Translations under genes and position numbers: made by a program | Part shown: piece after piece, positions 11,451 to 25,690 of the stretch | Position numbering within the stretch: position 1 is the first letter of the stretch | How the letters are laid out: every line of letters starts with the position of its first letter | Notes under the pieces: model-generated | The model's input: only the letters and a program-made list of their open reading frames with translations | Told to the model about the DNA's origin: nothing | Database searches by the model: none | NCBI GenBank assembly: GCA_009914755.4 | Contig: CP068257.2 | Coordinates: 38,208,001 to 38,272,000, forward strand | Length of the DNA: 64,000 bases | Direction: 5' to 3' | DNA from: the human T2T-CHM13v2.0 reference genome, Homo sapiens

Positions 11451-12842
11451 AATTTATGACAGATACTATTTTTCTGCCTTACTTTAAATATAATTTATCC
11501 TTTTCTTTCCAACTCAGAGACACCTCCGTTATTCTACTACTCTGTAATATGGGGAAAACTAAGATATCACCCAATATCCATCTGTTCTATTAAGAGATGT
11601 CCTATCTGTTAAGCCAAAAGTTCCATCTTCTTGGTATAAAATTTTCAGCTCATTTACTTAATTAACGGTTAATTCGATTCACTGAGCACTACTCTTGGGG
11701 TTGACAAAACAAAAATGAATTAGTAGTTGTTACTGTCTCTGCAGAACTTGCACATGAATAAATGAATGATCATAACAGAGTGCAGTAACGGTTGTCCTGG
11801 GCAAACACAGATAATCTCTGGCATAATTTAAATCAAGAATGCTTGAACTCTATTGCATGAATCAGAAGACTTAGAAAAGTATTGCCCTATTGGATAATCA
11901 TTGATGAAAATCAGAACAAAGGCCATGTGCCATCTGTTCATCCCAAAATCATAGCCTTCCTATTGACTTCAGCTGCAAAGTGATACAGAAAGTGTGGCAT
12001 GAATCTCACAAAGAGAACATTGATAGAACAGAGACTATTATCGATCTACTTAAATTTTTCTTTAACATCTAGTGTATGCCCTATATTGTGCTAAGGCAAT
12101 GGTAGAAATTGCTTCTGTGATCTCCTCCCTGTCAGCCCCATAGTAATGTCCACCTCTGAGGGAACGACTAACAAAAATATGGCATGTAGCACCAATGGAA
12201 GACATCACTAGCTGATGGTGGCCTTTCTCACTTAGTCTAGTAGTAGTTTCTGAACCCACGGCTGGAGGAGAACAATACCAATCAATAGAGTTGGCCTTGG
12301 AATTTAAATTTGCTTGCAATTTTGGCTGTCAAGGGTCTCTATGTATAAGAAATTCAGCAGTCTCTCTTAATGTCTGCTGCTTTGAGAAGAAGAAGAAAGT
12401 TTGGGGCTCCAGGGAGTGAAATCAGAGAACATGCTCCTCTTTGGGCCTGGATACTGGTGAGTCAAGGTCACCATCTCTTTTGTCTATCTTCTTAAATTTA
12501 TAATTTCTCTCTTTTTTCATATTGCATGTTAAGTAAAAGATTCAATGTGCTTGGTTGACCCTGAAAAGAAAGAGTTGTTGGGAGCAGGCTTTGATTTGAC
12601 TGATGTGTTAACTCATGTGTACATGTCCTATTCATCTTCACATCCTCAGTTCCTGTAATAGTCTTTAGGACATAGTAAGGGCTCAGAGAACATGAGCTGG
12701 ATGAATGATTGAAGCTATAGGACAGTCTTGGATCTACTCACTTGGTTAAATAAAAATCCAGGTAGACTGCAGCTCCAACTATCAAGTGACCAATGCCTAG
12801 GCAAGGGAGAAAACTCTCAGATATGATTCCTACTTGGGAGCC

Positions 12843-13300
12843 ATTCATTCATCCATTAACAAATGCTGAACTTGCATGTTCTCTAAGGTAGGCTGTAGGT
12901 GCTGGGTCCCTAGGGGCAGACAAGAGCATGAGCCCCTCCTGCAAGGAACTTTGGTGAAGTGGAGAAGACATATCTTGGACACATAAATAGAAAATTATAA
13001 ACTGTGATAGATATTATAGTTGGATAAAAAGAGTGCAGGAAGGACATAGTATAGATTGGGTTTAAGGATCCATAAGTGTAGAGATGGAGTAGAGCTTTGA
13101 ACTTGTTCATTGCCCCGCAGTCTGTCAGGGTGCTTCTCCCTGACACCTGTCCCTCAGGGGAAGGACCCTGCACCTGGTCATCAGCTGCTTGAGTGGCATC
13201 AGAGGCTCCGAGTTCGTGCAATGCAGTGCTCCTCTCTGTGAGCACGTGGTCTGTTGCCCAACACACTCCACTGGGCAGAGTCATAGGGAGTCCTTTCTAA
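12843..13300 (-). mobile_element. L2/MIR-type 3' end fragment (minus)
   Basis: 'cattcattcatccattaacaaatgctgaacttgcatgttctctaaggtaggctgtaggtgctggg...' is the reverse complement of the L2/MIR 3' terminus ('...cagtgcctggcacatagtaggtgctcaataaatatttgttgaatgaatgaatg'). The extent is approximate. Confidence 0.4.
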
Positions 13301-14804
13301 CATCGTTAAAGTCTTAGCTACTGAGACTTCGGTTCAAAAGAGGCAGTGAACTAAATATTTAGGAGAGCTCAGAATTGAAATTGATGGTCAGAGCCTAAGA
13401 AGCCTCCTGCTTCATAGTTATAAAATTGAGTATAGTTTCCAATTCATAAAAATATACACTCAAAAAGCCTTAATAATTTTCATTTGCTTCTTGCAAGGTT
13501 TACAAATGGTTTAACTCAATTTCAGCCCTCAGAGCTTGGATTTCCAGCAATTCCATAAAGATAGGGACCTCATTCTATTCATTTTAAAGCTTTAATGTCT
13601 TTTTTTTCATTTTATAAAATAATAGGCTGTATTCCAAATCTTGATAAGGCCCTGGAATTCTTATTCTATTCCAATGGATTTCCTTCGTTGAGTGTTTTCT
13701 CTTTATTAATCTCTCTCTCTCTCTCTGCAGAATACAGAATTTACACCCTAAAGAAAGTTAGAACCTTTCTTCTGTTTACTAACACACCCCATGAAGTATC
13801 CAGTTAACTCTAGGATAAGACAAAGAAGACTTATCATTGATGAGAATCAGAACAAAGGCCAATTTAGAATCGTTTAGAATCATTGTTACAAATAATGACA
13901 TTATTAGAAACGAAGTGTTAACATATGTGTTAGTAATACCCCTTTGCATGAGTATACTATGGATCCCACAGCAGTCAACATTTGCACCATCGAATCTGCT
14001 TGTTACCTACTTTTGCTCCCTGATATCTGATGTTTGTGGCTCATTCATTGCTTAATTGACTTTGAGCATATTTCCCAAATGTTCTTCTCAATCTTGTCTT
14101 TGCAGCAGAAGGGAGAAGCTGTGTGTCCCTGGGATTCTGGGGGCTCACCAAAGTCCACAATGGCTACCGAAAGTACAACATTTTTGTGAAATCTCATGCT
14201 TTAGCTGAACATTTTGCCTGCAATTTGTGTTCTAATCATATTCCTACGTGTTTTAATACAAAATTTCTCTTTTCCCCTAAACCTTTAAGTAGCATCAGTG
14301 CCTTGGGATGCTGTGTCAAGTGCATGGACTCTGCAGTTGTGTGTCTGAGATTCCTCAGTATTTGGTGAATCATTAGCCCAGCAGAGCAGCACAGTATCAA
14401 AGGAAGGGGTTTAGCACAGGATTTATTGAGTGTTCCATGCATGAAGACGAGGACCACAGCCTAATCCTCTCTTCCTGCTCAGGGGCCTAGCAACCTGTTG
14501 CCCCGATTGTGGACACAGTTCTAGTCCTACGTCCCCCCATGTGGTTCTTCACTTGTGTCCTCACAAACTAATGGATGGGAGTAAATCCATGAGAAAAGGA
14601 GGCCACCTAAGCCTAGCTCAGCCAGGATGCTCTGTTTCGTTTTTTAGTGTTTATTAGGAAACATCTGTTTCCTAATATAAGGCAGCAAATGCAGCTTTTT
14701 AGGTCTCCTTCCACATCTCCAAACGCCCTCTCTCTCCTGAGGTTTCCTTCATCACCCCAGCAAGTGATGGTCTCTTCCCTTCTTCACTTCCAAGTAGCAA
14801 AAGC

Positions 14805-14855
14805 AAAACAACAAAGCAAACAAAAACAAAAACAAAAACAAAAAACAAAGAGAAA
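14805..14855. repeat. (CAAAAA)n-like A-rich microsatellite
   Basis: 'caaaacaacaaagcaaacaaaaacaaaaacaaaaacaaaaaacaaag'. Confidence 0.8.
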
Positions 14856-17800
14856 GAATTAGATGGAAAATGATGGAATGAGAAAATCATTATTTTGCAA
14901 CTGCTGCTGTAACTGAGTCAGGTGAAGACCCTGGGAGGAGCAGTTGTTGGGAACGGGCTGGTTACATGGTCTCAGAGCGTCACTCCCTCCCTATTTGTTA
15001 ATTACAAGGGAAAACATTTCCTCTCAGTGGAGAGGTCCAACACTTAGCCCAGCCGTCTATCGACATCACCATCATGGGAGAAGCTGACATCACGGGCTGC
15101 CCACTGTGATGCGAGGGGGAGGGCACGCCGTCAAATATTTAGCATTCTGGCCCAAAGCCCTTAACTGGAATCTAAGGTTAGTGAGGACACAGTCAGACAA
15201 ATACAGACTTAGCACATTCTACAAAATGACTGGCCTGGACTCTTAAAAAATATGTTACAATAAATAAACCAACAAAACAAAAACATAGGCAAAGGATCTG
15301 TTCTAGGTAAAAAACACTAAAGAACGATGAAGATTGAATACATTGCATGATCCTTGAGAAGGTCTTGGAAAACTGGGACATTGGAATATAGACTGTGCAT
15401 TTGGTAATATTATTGATCAATGTTAAATTTCCTGGGTGGGATAATGATATTCAAGTTATATAGGAAAAATATCCTTTTTCCTAGAAGAAACATTTGTGTA
15501 AAATGAAACATAAAAGTATCACAATGACTGCAACTTACTTTTGAATGATTTGGAGACTGAGAGAGGAAGAAAGGGAGAGAGAGCAAGAGAGAAGAAAGGG
15601 AAGGAAGGGAGAAAGCAAATGTGGAAATGTGGAAAAATGTTAACAACTGGTGAATTGAGGTCAAGGGTGCATAGGTGTTGATTGTAATCATTGACTTTTT
15701 TCAGAGGTTTGAAGTTTTTCAAATTTTTGCAGAAAAAAATTAGCATAGCAATATACCTATCTACGACTCTTGCTGGGCAATTTCAATCTTGTGCTACAGT
15801 TACTTATGGGTTCTACTGTCCCTAATTTGTGGGTTGTTCGCCTAATTAGGATAGGTTCCTAGCTCCCTACATTATAAAGCACCTGCAGAGGTTAATGCAT
15901 GGCTCTTCAAATAATAAATAAATGCCACTCACATGAATGCTGAGAACTAATATTGCGTATCCATACACTGGATGGAGAGGTGGAATTCCAGCCTTGCTGG
16001 GGCAATGAAGTGGGTCACTTCCTGCTGAAAAGGGGAAGGAATTTTAACCCTCATGGGTCACGAAGACCTTGTGAGTCCTCCAAGTTTGCAAGCCCCACAT
16101 TTAGGAGGCCGCACTTGGCCTTGAAGGCCTGACCTTCATCTACACAAGATGGTGGGGTGTTATCTTTTTTGTGTCTTGTGTGAGGGAACTGCACAAATCA
16201 ATTGGAAATAATGCAATGATAAGGCTTCTATAATAGAGAAGGAATAATGCACAAAGCTTCAGGTGATACGGTGTTTACCAAGTTATGTTTTAAAAATACA
16301 GGGCATGAGTGATAGGAATGAAATGCACATTTAATTTAGAGCAATCAGAATTTTCAAAATCATATATTTATTTAAGGTTCAGGAGCATTGCCTGGTTTTG
16401 TCATTTTCATTTGATTTGGGAAGCATGGATTTATCTTATAAAGGGGCTTGGTGCTGTGGTGGAGGGGCCCTAAACCTTCCTATCAGGACAATACAGTTTT
16501 GGGGTTTTTACTATCTTCTCCATGGTATACTGTTTTTCTGAACCCATCCTCGATGGTGAAGGAGGGATACAGAGTTTTTTCACTGAAGGGTCAGGTTGAT
16601 CAGGGAAGAGGAGTGCAGAGCTGAAAGAAGTGAGGCTGGGACTTTGTGCAGCTTGGGGTTCCTTCTACCCTCCATGGGAGACGTGTGAGGATGCAGGTCT
16701 TGAGAGGAGGCTGTCACACGTGGAGTTTCCTCACGATGACCTGTGCTCCTTTCCCACCCTCCCCGCTTACAGGACAGCCTCTTTCAAGGTCCTGAATTCA
16801 CTGACCCCACGCTCCCTCGGAGGCCCCTGAGCTCCCCTACAAGGACCGAGTTAGTCCCTTCGTGGGTTCCCTTCATGAATCTTGATTTCTGAGTGCCTCC
16901 AGGCTGGGCTGGTGGTGGATAGAGACTGTCACTGCCACTGAGGCCCCAGGGGGAAGGGTGCAGGCGGTTCCACAGTGAGTGTGAAGGAGATGCCTCACCT
17001 CCAGTTCCATCTCGCAAGCAGCCTGATGGGCAGCTGCCTGCTTCCTGTCACCTGCAAAGCAGGTACGCCTTGCCAGGGTGAGCACTGTTTCTTCTCGGAG
17101 GCAACACAGTCAGCCTCACACAACGAAGCGAAAAGATTCTCACTCCTGCTGCACGGCATTGGTGTCAACCCTCGCAAACAAGCCCTGCGTCGTTCCCTGG
17201 AGCTTTTGGCATCTTCCCAGGACGGGCTTCCCTTACAAATGCCTCCTCACTGGCTGCAGATGAGCCTGTCTTTGCCACACAGGGAGGAGGACGCTGCTCT
17301 AAGACGATTTTACCTCCAAACCTTCCCCAGCAATTAGAGCAGTGGCGGTGATTTCCAGTTCAGACACTTCAATATATTAGAAGTTATCATAGAGTAAGAC
17401 CCTCGCCCCACACTCAATCCTGTGCACGACTCTTTGTCTTTGTTTTTCTGTTTTGGTTCCATGTTGATGTTTTGACTCTACTCTGGGCATGGAGAGATTC
17501 TCCTCTCCTCCCTGTTTGCATGGGCCAGTGGGGGAGGGGCAATGGGCACGCTGTTTTCTCTGTCATTCTGGGTCCCAGTGATTGAATTATTTGAATATTT
17601 TGGCATTATATTATTATTTTTTGAACAGGGAACACATCTGCATGATTCAAAATTGAAACAATATAAAAGGTGCACAACCTCAATGTCCAATCTCCGCCCT
17701 CATGCCCTGCTCAGCCCAGGAAGCTGCCCCCATACAGTGCACCGGCCCCGCTTCTTGGGCTTTGTTTAGCCAGTGGGAGATGCAGACAGGGCATGGGGTT

Positions 17801-18275
17801 GAGCCAGACGAGGGAACCCAGCGGGTTCCATAACCTCCCCCTCCTGTTCCCTCTCTGCCTCACCATTGTTGGTGTCAGCTACATTCTCACATTCACCCCA
17901 TTCTCTGGGGTGGCCTCCTGGGTGAATCCCCTTCTCATGGGACTCCGGTAACTGTTTCTGTTCCTCAGGCAAGGGGGCGATGGGAGGAGGATGGGGTGAT
18001 GGAAACGGCTTTCTGAAGCTGTTAGTCCCTGGCTGTTTAACTTCCTCTATGGTTCTCTTACTCCTGCTTGCAGACGTGGTGTGTCATCTCTACACTGACG
18101 GGTATTGATTGGGTATATCATCTCTACATTCAACTCTCCAGTTAAACCATCTGAGTGGCCTAACAGTTTGTAGTCAGGCCCTGTATGACACACTTACCAC
18201 TCCTTATACTTTATAGGTAACTGCTGTTACTAGTTTTTCCTTATGTAAACATGAAACTTTTGCATATATATATTC

Positions 18276-18486
18276 TTTTTCTTTTTGGTGACAGGGCCTC
18301 ACTCTGCCGCCAAGGCTGAGTGCAGTGGCACACTCGTGGCTCACTGCAGCCTTGACCTCTTGGGCTCAAGTGATCCTTCTACCTCAGCCTCCTGAGTAGC
18401 CAGGACTAAAAGGGCACAACACCATGCTCAGTTAATTTTTGTATTTTTTGTAGAGACAGGGTTTTGCCATGTTGCCTGGGCTTGCA
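18276..18486 (-). mobile_element. 5'-truncated Alu (minus)
   Basis: After a T-rich tail comes 'gtgacagggcctcactctgccgccaaggctgagtgcagtggcac...cctcagcctcctgagtagccaggactaaaagg...ttaatttttgtattttttgtagagacagggttttgccatgttgcctgggc'. The left-monomer end is missing. Confidence 0.85.
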
Positions 18487-20265
18487 TAAGTATTCTTATT
18501 TCCCCCTTTCTTACATGAAAGATAGCACGCTTTTCACTGAACAATATATCCTGAAGGTATATTCCTAATACTGCATAAAGTGCCTCACCTTTCTTTCCTC
18601 TCTCCCTCCTTCCTTCTCTCCCTTCTTTTTGATGTTTGCATAGTGTTCCATTTTGCAGGTTTTCTAGAGTTTGCTCAATAAGTCCTCTGTTGATGGACAC
18701 TTTCTCCCTTTTTATTAACCAACATAGTCAATGGCACAATGAACAGATGTGTTTCACTTCTGTGCAGGCATACGTATAATGTCAATTCCTAGAAGTGGGG
18801 AAATGCATTTAAAATTTTTATCAATATTTCCAAGGGCTCATAATTTGCTGCTGACATCTCTCCTGCCCCTCTGAGCTCATCTTCTGAACTGCCAAGAGAG
18901 TTCCTTCTTAGAACACTTCAAAGCAATCCGTGGCTTCCTGTTACCCAAGCCACCTTCCTAGAGAGGGATAGGTGGTGTTTTTCACTCTCTCATTCCAAAT
19001 TCTCTTCGGCCTCAGCGGCTCCTGCCTCATCTATGTACCATGCCCTCTCTCCACAGCTGCTGGCAGATAACAGAACACTGGGATTGTCAGTTCTTCTGTA
19101 TCTTAGCTCGCTGTGGTCACCGAGTCTGCAGTACTCCCTTCCCCATCGCTCATCCTCATCCTTCACCCCATTCCTCCTATAGCTCTAGATGATGAAACAC
19201 AGTGTAACGTTATGTATTACACATATTAAACTATCGTGTAACTCTGGATGACGCTAAGCCCCAGCTCACATGGGTTTCCCTGACCCTCGCAGGCCATCTG
19301 GCTGCTCCTTAGCTGCCTGTGTTATGAAGCCACAGCAGATCGCACTCACCCATCCACACATAAATTGTCCTAAAAAGTCATGAGTCTTTAAGGAAAACAA
19401 TTGAGGCTTACTTTCATTTTCTAGCAAGGAGCCTGGTACAGAGTGGACGTTCTAGAAATTGATGTTGTCATTGCTTATTTGCTTGTTTTTAAAATAGTGC
19501 ATTTTCCATTTCTTGCCTAACAGTTGTCTAACCTCTTTATTTCCAGAAGACTAGAGACCAAAGATATAAACAAATGATCTAATCAAGTTGAGAAAGATCA
19601 CAAATTGGAGTGAAAGGCCGAGAAGAAAACCGGACTCTTGTGTCCTCCATCTGTGTGGAGGGCACTGTAATGCCCTGGGGAGCTTGCGGGTCTGGGTCTC
19701 AGTCTGGCTCCAGACTTTGCTGAATTAGGGAAGTTTTCTGTTCTCATCAGCTCTCTGCGTACATGGTCGTGTGTGTGTTTTGTCATCTGGAGCTGTAGGT
19801 GGCTTGTCCTCTGCTCAGCTAATGTGATTCCACTAAGTGGGAGAGGGAGTCTGTGATGGGGCTGTGGCATCCCCAAATCTACCTTCTTGGGGGATTCAGT
19901 AGCAGGTGATTTGGGATTTAGAGAGGAAAATAGGTTTGGAGAGTGGTAAGGAAGGAGGGAGTGCAAGAGACGATAACAGTGTAGGGGAAGGAAGAGGAAG
20001 GGAGGAGGAGAAGGAGAGAGGTCTGTGGCTGATGCGGCCGCCACTCATCTGGGGTGTCATCCACACTTTTTGCGTTTAGCAACTCAATTTGAGTGATGCC
20101 ACAACACAGGAATATCTAGAATATGAGGTTTCCTATTAAGGGCCAGGCTAAGGTCCAAGAACATATTTCATTAATTTACCCGAGAAAGCATTCCTTTTCA
20201 CTGGCTAAGAGACTTGTGCTCTATTCCGGAAGGGAAGTAAAGATGAAAATCAGATATGTGCTTGG

Positions 20266-20537
20266 GGCTGGGCACCATGGCTCACATCTGTAATCCCAGC
20301 CCTTTGGAAGGCCGAGGCAGGTGGATTGCTTGAGGCTAGGAGTTTGAGACCAGCTCGGGCAACACAGTGAAACACTGTTTCATCAGTAGTCTCAGCTACT
20401 TGGGAGGCTGAGGTGGGAGGATCACGTGATCCTAGGAGGTTGAGGCTTCAGTGAGCCATGATCATGCCACTGCACTCCAGCCTGGGCAACAGAGTGAGAC
20501 CCTATCTCAAAAATAAGTAAATAAATAAAAATAAAAA
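20266..20537 (+). mobile_element. Alu (plus) with an internal deletion, flanked by a 10-bp TSD
   Basis: 'ggctgggcaccatggctcacatctgtaatcccagccctttggaaggccgaggcaggtgg...cagcctgggcaacagagtgagaccctatctcaaaaataagtaaataaataaaaataaaaa'. The direct repeat 'atgtgcttgg' lies at 20256-20265 and 20539-20548. The middle A-rich linker region is partly missing. Confidence 0.9.
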
Positions 20538-20764
20538 CATGTGCTTGGTGAGCCCAGAATCAAGCAAAGCGAATTTCATCATTTCATCCAATATTCTACC
20601 TGGGATTGTCTTTGTTATCTTGAGACTTTGGTGTCTGAGGTAAAAAAGACTTTGGTGTCTGTGGGTTTGGGCGGGTCCATTGACTGTCTCTTTACTGAAT
20701 ATCTACCATGGATCTGGTCAGTGCTTGGTGCTGGGGACACAGAGGTGGAGCGAGCACAGTCTCA

Positions 20765-21262
<498 letters not shown>

Positions 21263-23379
21263 TCAAAGTCACGCAGTCCCCAAAGCCCGGGAAGACCTGT
21301 GAGTCTGACTGACTCCGCCCTCTCCCTCTTCATGAGGATGCCTTTGGGACCAACAGTTGTGTGGCATAAGGCCTGGGATGGTCTCTAACCCAGGAGACAC
21401 CCTCAGTCTGGTGCTGGGTCTGTGGAGTTATGAGCGCTTGGGAAAAGGCTGTAGCCCTTGCTTCTCTGAGGATGTAGTGGTGGCGATGGAGGAGGGGGAG
21501 GAGGAGAGGACATTTGAGGACAGGAGGACCAGGCCAGGGATGGGATCCACACTGAGGGCACCACTCACGTACACAGAGGCCCTGGTCTGTTTAGAACTCT
21601 TGTCCCCTCCTTCTGAGGAATGAGCATCTTTGACAATAGTGCGTTGGTGCTGTCTTTTGCTTCAACATTTGCAAAACTTGCTCCTCAACCCCTTGGCCTG
21701 CAAGGTTGGAGTCCTGAGGAGTTTTTGGTTCTGTTACTATGAACTGTGTTTGTGGGCCCGTGGAGGAGCTGAAAGCTCAACCTACACTGGGGTCTTTCAA
21801 ATGAATTTTCTTTTCCTTTCTGTATTTGACCCAGGTTTTAATTTATTCATGGCAGATGACCTCACAGCATGTTGCCCATCTGGCAGAGCTACCTTGGAGC
21901 AATTTTAATCCGCGGAGCTTAAAGCCTTTTGATCTCCCTCATACTTTCCATTCTCAGAGGCTGAGTAATTCAAGTAAGACGTACCAGTTCAATTTTCCTC
22001 CCAGGGAAAGAAAGGAAATGACCTTTCTGGAAAAAAGTAGGAGAATATCTCAGAGGGAGGTTTTGGGGAGAAAAAAATCACAAGGTTACAAATAACTCAA
22101 CAAGGGCAGTAGAAAATCATTGTCCTCCACCACAAAGCTCTGCCAACATGATGACTGTAAAGTCACGATGGCAAGAGAACCCTTTCTTTCCCCTTCCTGG
22201 GAACAATTTTATTTGACCTCTAGACACTTTTTGCGAGTGGCAAAAATCCATCTGGACTTAGAGGTGAGCAGCAGAAGCTATTTCCACCTGCATTCGGAAA
22301 GCCAAGCTCTATGGGGACAGGGCAGGAGCAAGCTGAGAAAGACATTCCTGTGTAGAGTTCCAAAGTCTTCCAAAAATGACCAAGACCAACCAAGAGCCTG
22401 CGGACACCTTCCCCTTCTGCGGGGGTCTGATGCCCTTCCTTTCAAAGATGTTAATAATTCAGTCCACAGATGGGCCGCTGTCTTATGCGAAATAACTTGC
22501 ACTCCTTAAATCCAGAGCAGCGGCAGGCAGGTGTTGGGTGTGGCTGCCCTTGCACCCAAGTTTTCCAAAATAAGAAGAGAAGAGTGTTGGCAAAGGTATA
22601 TTTTTTATCTTCACCCCTTTTCTCAACTTCAAGAAATAATTATTGAGGCCTTTTAAAAACACATTAATTCCCTTGTCTGAATAGAGATTGAAATTTGTTA
22701 ACTGATAATTAATGTCTCTTTACCTTTTAATTAAAAGTTAACTGCTAGTGGAAAGTGCCAAGGATACTCCTTGGGCTGTGCCCAGGCCGTTCGTGCACTC
22801 TGTGTTTTGCTGGCCTGCTGGGGCTCAGAACTGGAGGCAGTGGAGGGTCTCAGGGTGGTGTATGTATGCATGGGACAGGTTAGGGACTGGTGGAGCTTGA
22901 AATAAAAGCCATTTCTTTTATGTAAAATTCACGGTAAGGCTGAAACAGTTAAATATGAATACCACCCCAAAGTCAACCACCCTGCCAATTACCAATCCCT
23001 GTCCGCCACCTCCTGCTTGCTGGAGACCAAGGCTTTGTGTTGTCTTTGGGGGACGATGGCTGAGAATCGCTTTCTCCAGTGTCTTCTGTAAGCAGAAGAC
23101 TGCTTGGCCACCAGCTCTACCGCTCCATTGGGATGATGCCTCCTTTTGTCCTTCCTATTGTCACTTAACCACCTTTCTTTGAACTGTCACAGATGGTGCT
23201 TAATTAAAATTTCCCCCAAGGATACTTTCTTAGCACTATCGTTTCTACCTTAGTTAATGCCATGTGCTATATTCTGTCCAAAGTTGAGGTGGGGTGGGGA
23301 TACCGTGCTCTTAGGTAGAAGTTATTTTTTCATTGTATTTTGCATAGTCTGAGTTTAATTTGCATCCCTGTAGGATTCA

Positions 23380-23640
23380 TATTTATTGAGCACTTACTAT
23401 GTGCTAGAGCCCTTGAGTGTTATGTGAGCCATATGAAATAAGATATTCAACTGTTTGTCCTACAGATCCAGACATTTCATATGGCTCAATCTAACATCTG
23501 ATTTCACTTAATCCTTACAATAAGTCTATGGGAGAGGTGCCATTGAATTCATTTTTTGGATGGTGAGGAGCCGTGGTCCATGGATGTGAAGGTATTTCTA
23601 AGGCTGCATGGTTAGGAGGCCGGCAGAGGCCATTGTCTGA
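23380..23640 (-). mobile_element. MIR/L2-type SINE/LINE 3'-end fragment (minus)
   Basis: 'ttcatatttattgagcacttactatgtgctagagccc' is the reverse complement of the MIR terminus '...cagtgcctggcacatagtaagcgctcaataaatg'. The rest is diverged. Confidence 0.45.
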
Positions 23641-25576
23641 TGCTAAATCGCTTGCACTCTTTTGTATCTTGCTCTGGGTCTCAGGACCCTCACTGTGAAT
23701 TTCAAAAGGCTTGGACTAAAACCCAGTGCTTTTCAATAAGATGCAGTCTTGTTCTCTGAGGAGGCATGTGACATAAAGGTGGGTGGTTTAGTGTCATGAA
23801 GACTGGGGAGGAGACCCTTTGGCTTATAGTAGGTGGGGTAGAGGGTAGAAGCCCCCTGCAGTGTGAGTCAGACTGACTGATGACCAAGCATTTTGCTCCA
23901 AATGCCTTTTGCTTCCTGTTTAGAAACATGGGCCCACATGAACCCCACATTTCTTCAGACAGTGGAATCCAATCACTCAGCCTTCAATAAGTCCCAACAG
24001 ACGAGGGCGGTACTTTGCTTCGATGGCTGCCTGGTGGGATGACCTGCCCCTTTTGGGAACATGCTGGCCCCGCCCGGCTTAGGACTGGCTCCTGGGCCAT
24101 GATTCTGTTGTGTGCTCACATCCCCCAGGTGGGGATGATCCAGCCGTGGGTGGGCACCTGGCCTAGCTGGGCTGTGGGAAATCTGACCACGTGCACACAT
24201 GGGCCCTACCACATGTGAACTCAGGGGCTGTGGATGGTCATCGTCTACCTACCCTGTGGCCTTGAGGGACTGAGAAGGCCAGTTTGCAAAGAGAGAGGGT
24301 GGAAGCTCACCATTGATTCCTCCTGGTTTCCCAGGGGCCTTCCTCGTGGGTCACCTGACTTCCTGTCCTTGGCTTCCATGAACCAGCCCTGTCTCCTTGC
24401 AACCCCTCCTCCTCTTTGGCTTAAGCCTGTTGGGAATGTTTGCTGTTTTTTGAAACTAGAATAAGCCTAAGCAAGATAACTCTATCGGGTCTACCCTTGC
24501 ACGAGTATAAGAGAAATGTGGAAAATGAACCACACTTCAGAGCCCCTTTAGAAGATAAAAAGTGAAACTTAATGCAAATGTGAAGATGCTCATCTTAGAC
24601 TCCACAGGAGATTAATATTTTTAGAGTAGAAAACTTTAGCTGTCATTGTTCAAGATGAATTTTCCATAATTATGAAGGCAAATTATCTGTGAATCTGGAA
24701 GCTATCATTATTTAAAACAAGTTCAATCAGACAATTTCCTGGTTTCCCAAATTTTACGATTTTTTTCTTGCAACCCTTTTTTGAAATTGGTCTTGTCATT
24801 TGTCTTGAAATGCAAACAATATTTACCTGTTGTGCAGCTAGTTTTAATAAAATGGAAATGCATCATCAGAACTGAAATTCATTTTGAAGTAAGAACCTGG
24901 GTGCTTTCTTACTTAATAGTTATGTATTAGATAACTATTACCTATGAATGCTTGTCAATTTTGTGTATTTTTCTTGGGCAAGAAGAGCAGCTATTTTCCT
25001 TGTATGCAGATTGTCATAGCTTAAATGTTCCAGCTTAATTATCTCCAAGGCTTTATCTTTGGAAAAGTCACTGAACTACTTGGAAATAATGGTTTCAGCG
25101 TCGACTAATAAAATTATACATGAAAAAATTTATCTTCTGATGCTGAAAGGAATCATGACAGCATCAGACATTTACTCTACTCTTCTTTTATTTTTATAAT
25201 TGTAAGTATTAGATCCCATCATCTTGAAAAAGTAATACACTTAATTTATGAGGAAACAAATGGACTGAGTCTGTTGCACAATGAGAACCAGATGCTCAAC
25301 TCCTCAAACAAGTAGGAAAATTCTTTGAGATTTGAGAATTTCCTGAAATATTTTTGCCAGAGTTGACTTTCAAGGTGAATCATCCATAGTCAGATAACTC
25401 GGAGCACTTGGCAACCATAGCCCGGCCCCTGCAGAGCCCTGCTGTACCTCGGGTCTCGGTCTCAGCTCTTCATATCTCGATCCACTTCATTCATTCAGTC
25501 ATTTGCTCACACCTCTGGGGGCCAAGGGAAGGGTTTGTTCAGTCGAGTCAGATTTCTTGTGGTCCAAAGCCTCATG

Positions 25577-25657
25577 TTGGCAGTGTATATGTGTGTGTCT
25601 GTATGTGTGTGCCTGTGTGTGTGTGTATGTGTGGGGCGTGTGTGTGTGTGGGGGCAT

Positions 25658-25688
<31 letters not shown>

Positions 25689-25690
25689 TT
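25577..25690. repeat. Imperfect (GT)n microsatellite followed by a short (GA)n
   Basis: 'gtatatgtgtgtgtctgtatgtgtgtgcctgtgtgtgtgtgtatgtgtggggcgtgtgtgtgtgtgggggcatgtgtgtgtgtgtgtgtgtgtgtgagagag'. It produces the mutually overlapping poly-(HT)/(CV) ORFs at 25408-25808 on both strands. Confidence 0.9.

Noticed and set aside
19598-20044. 148-aa minus ORF 'MAAASATDLSPSPPPFLFLPLH...'
   Set aside because: It is driven by a purine-rich (GGA/GAG) low-complexity tract at 19900-20030. It has no domain-like content or splice or promoter context, so it is most likely spurious.
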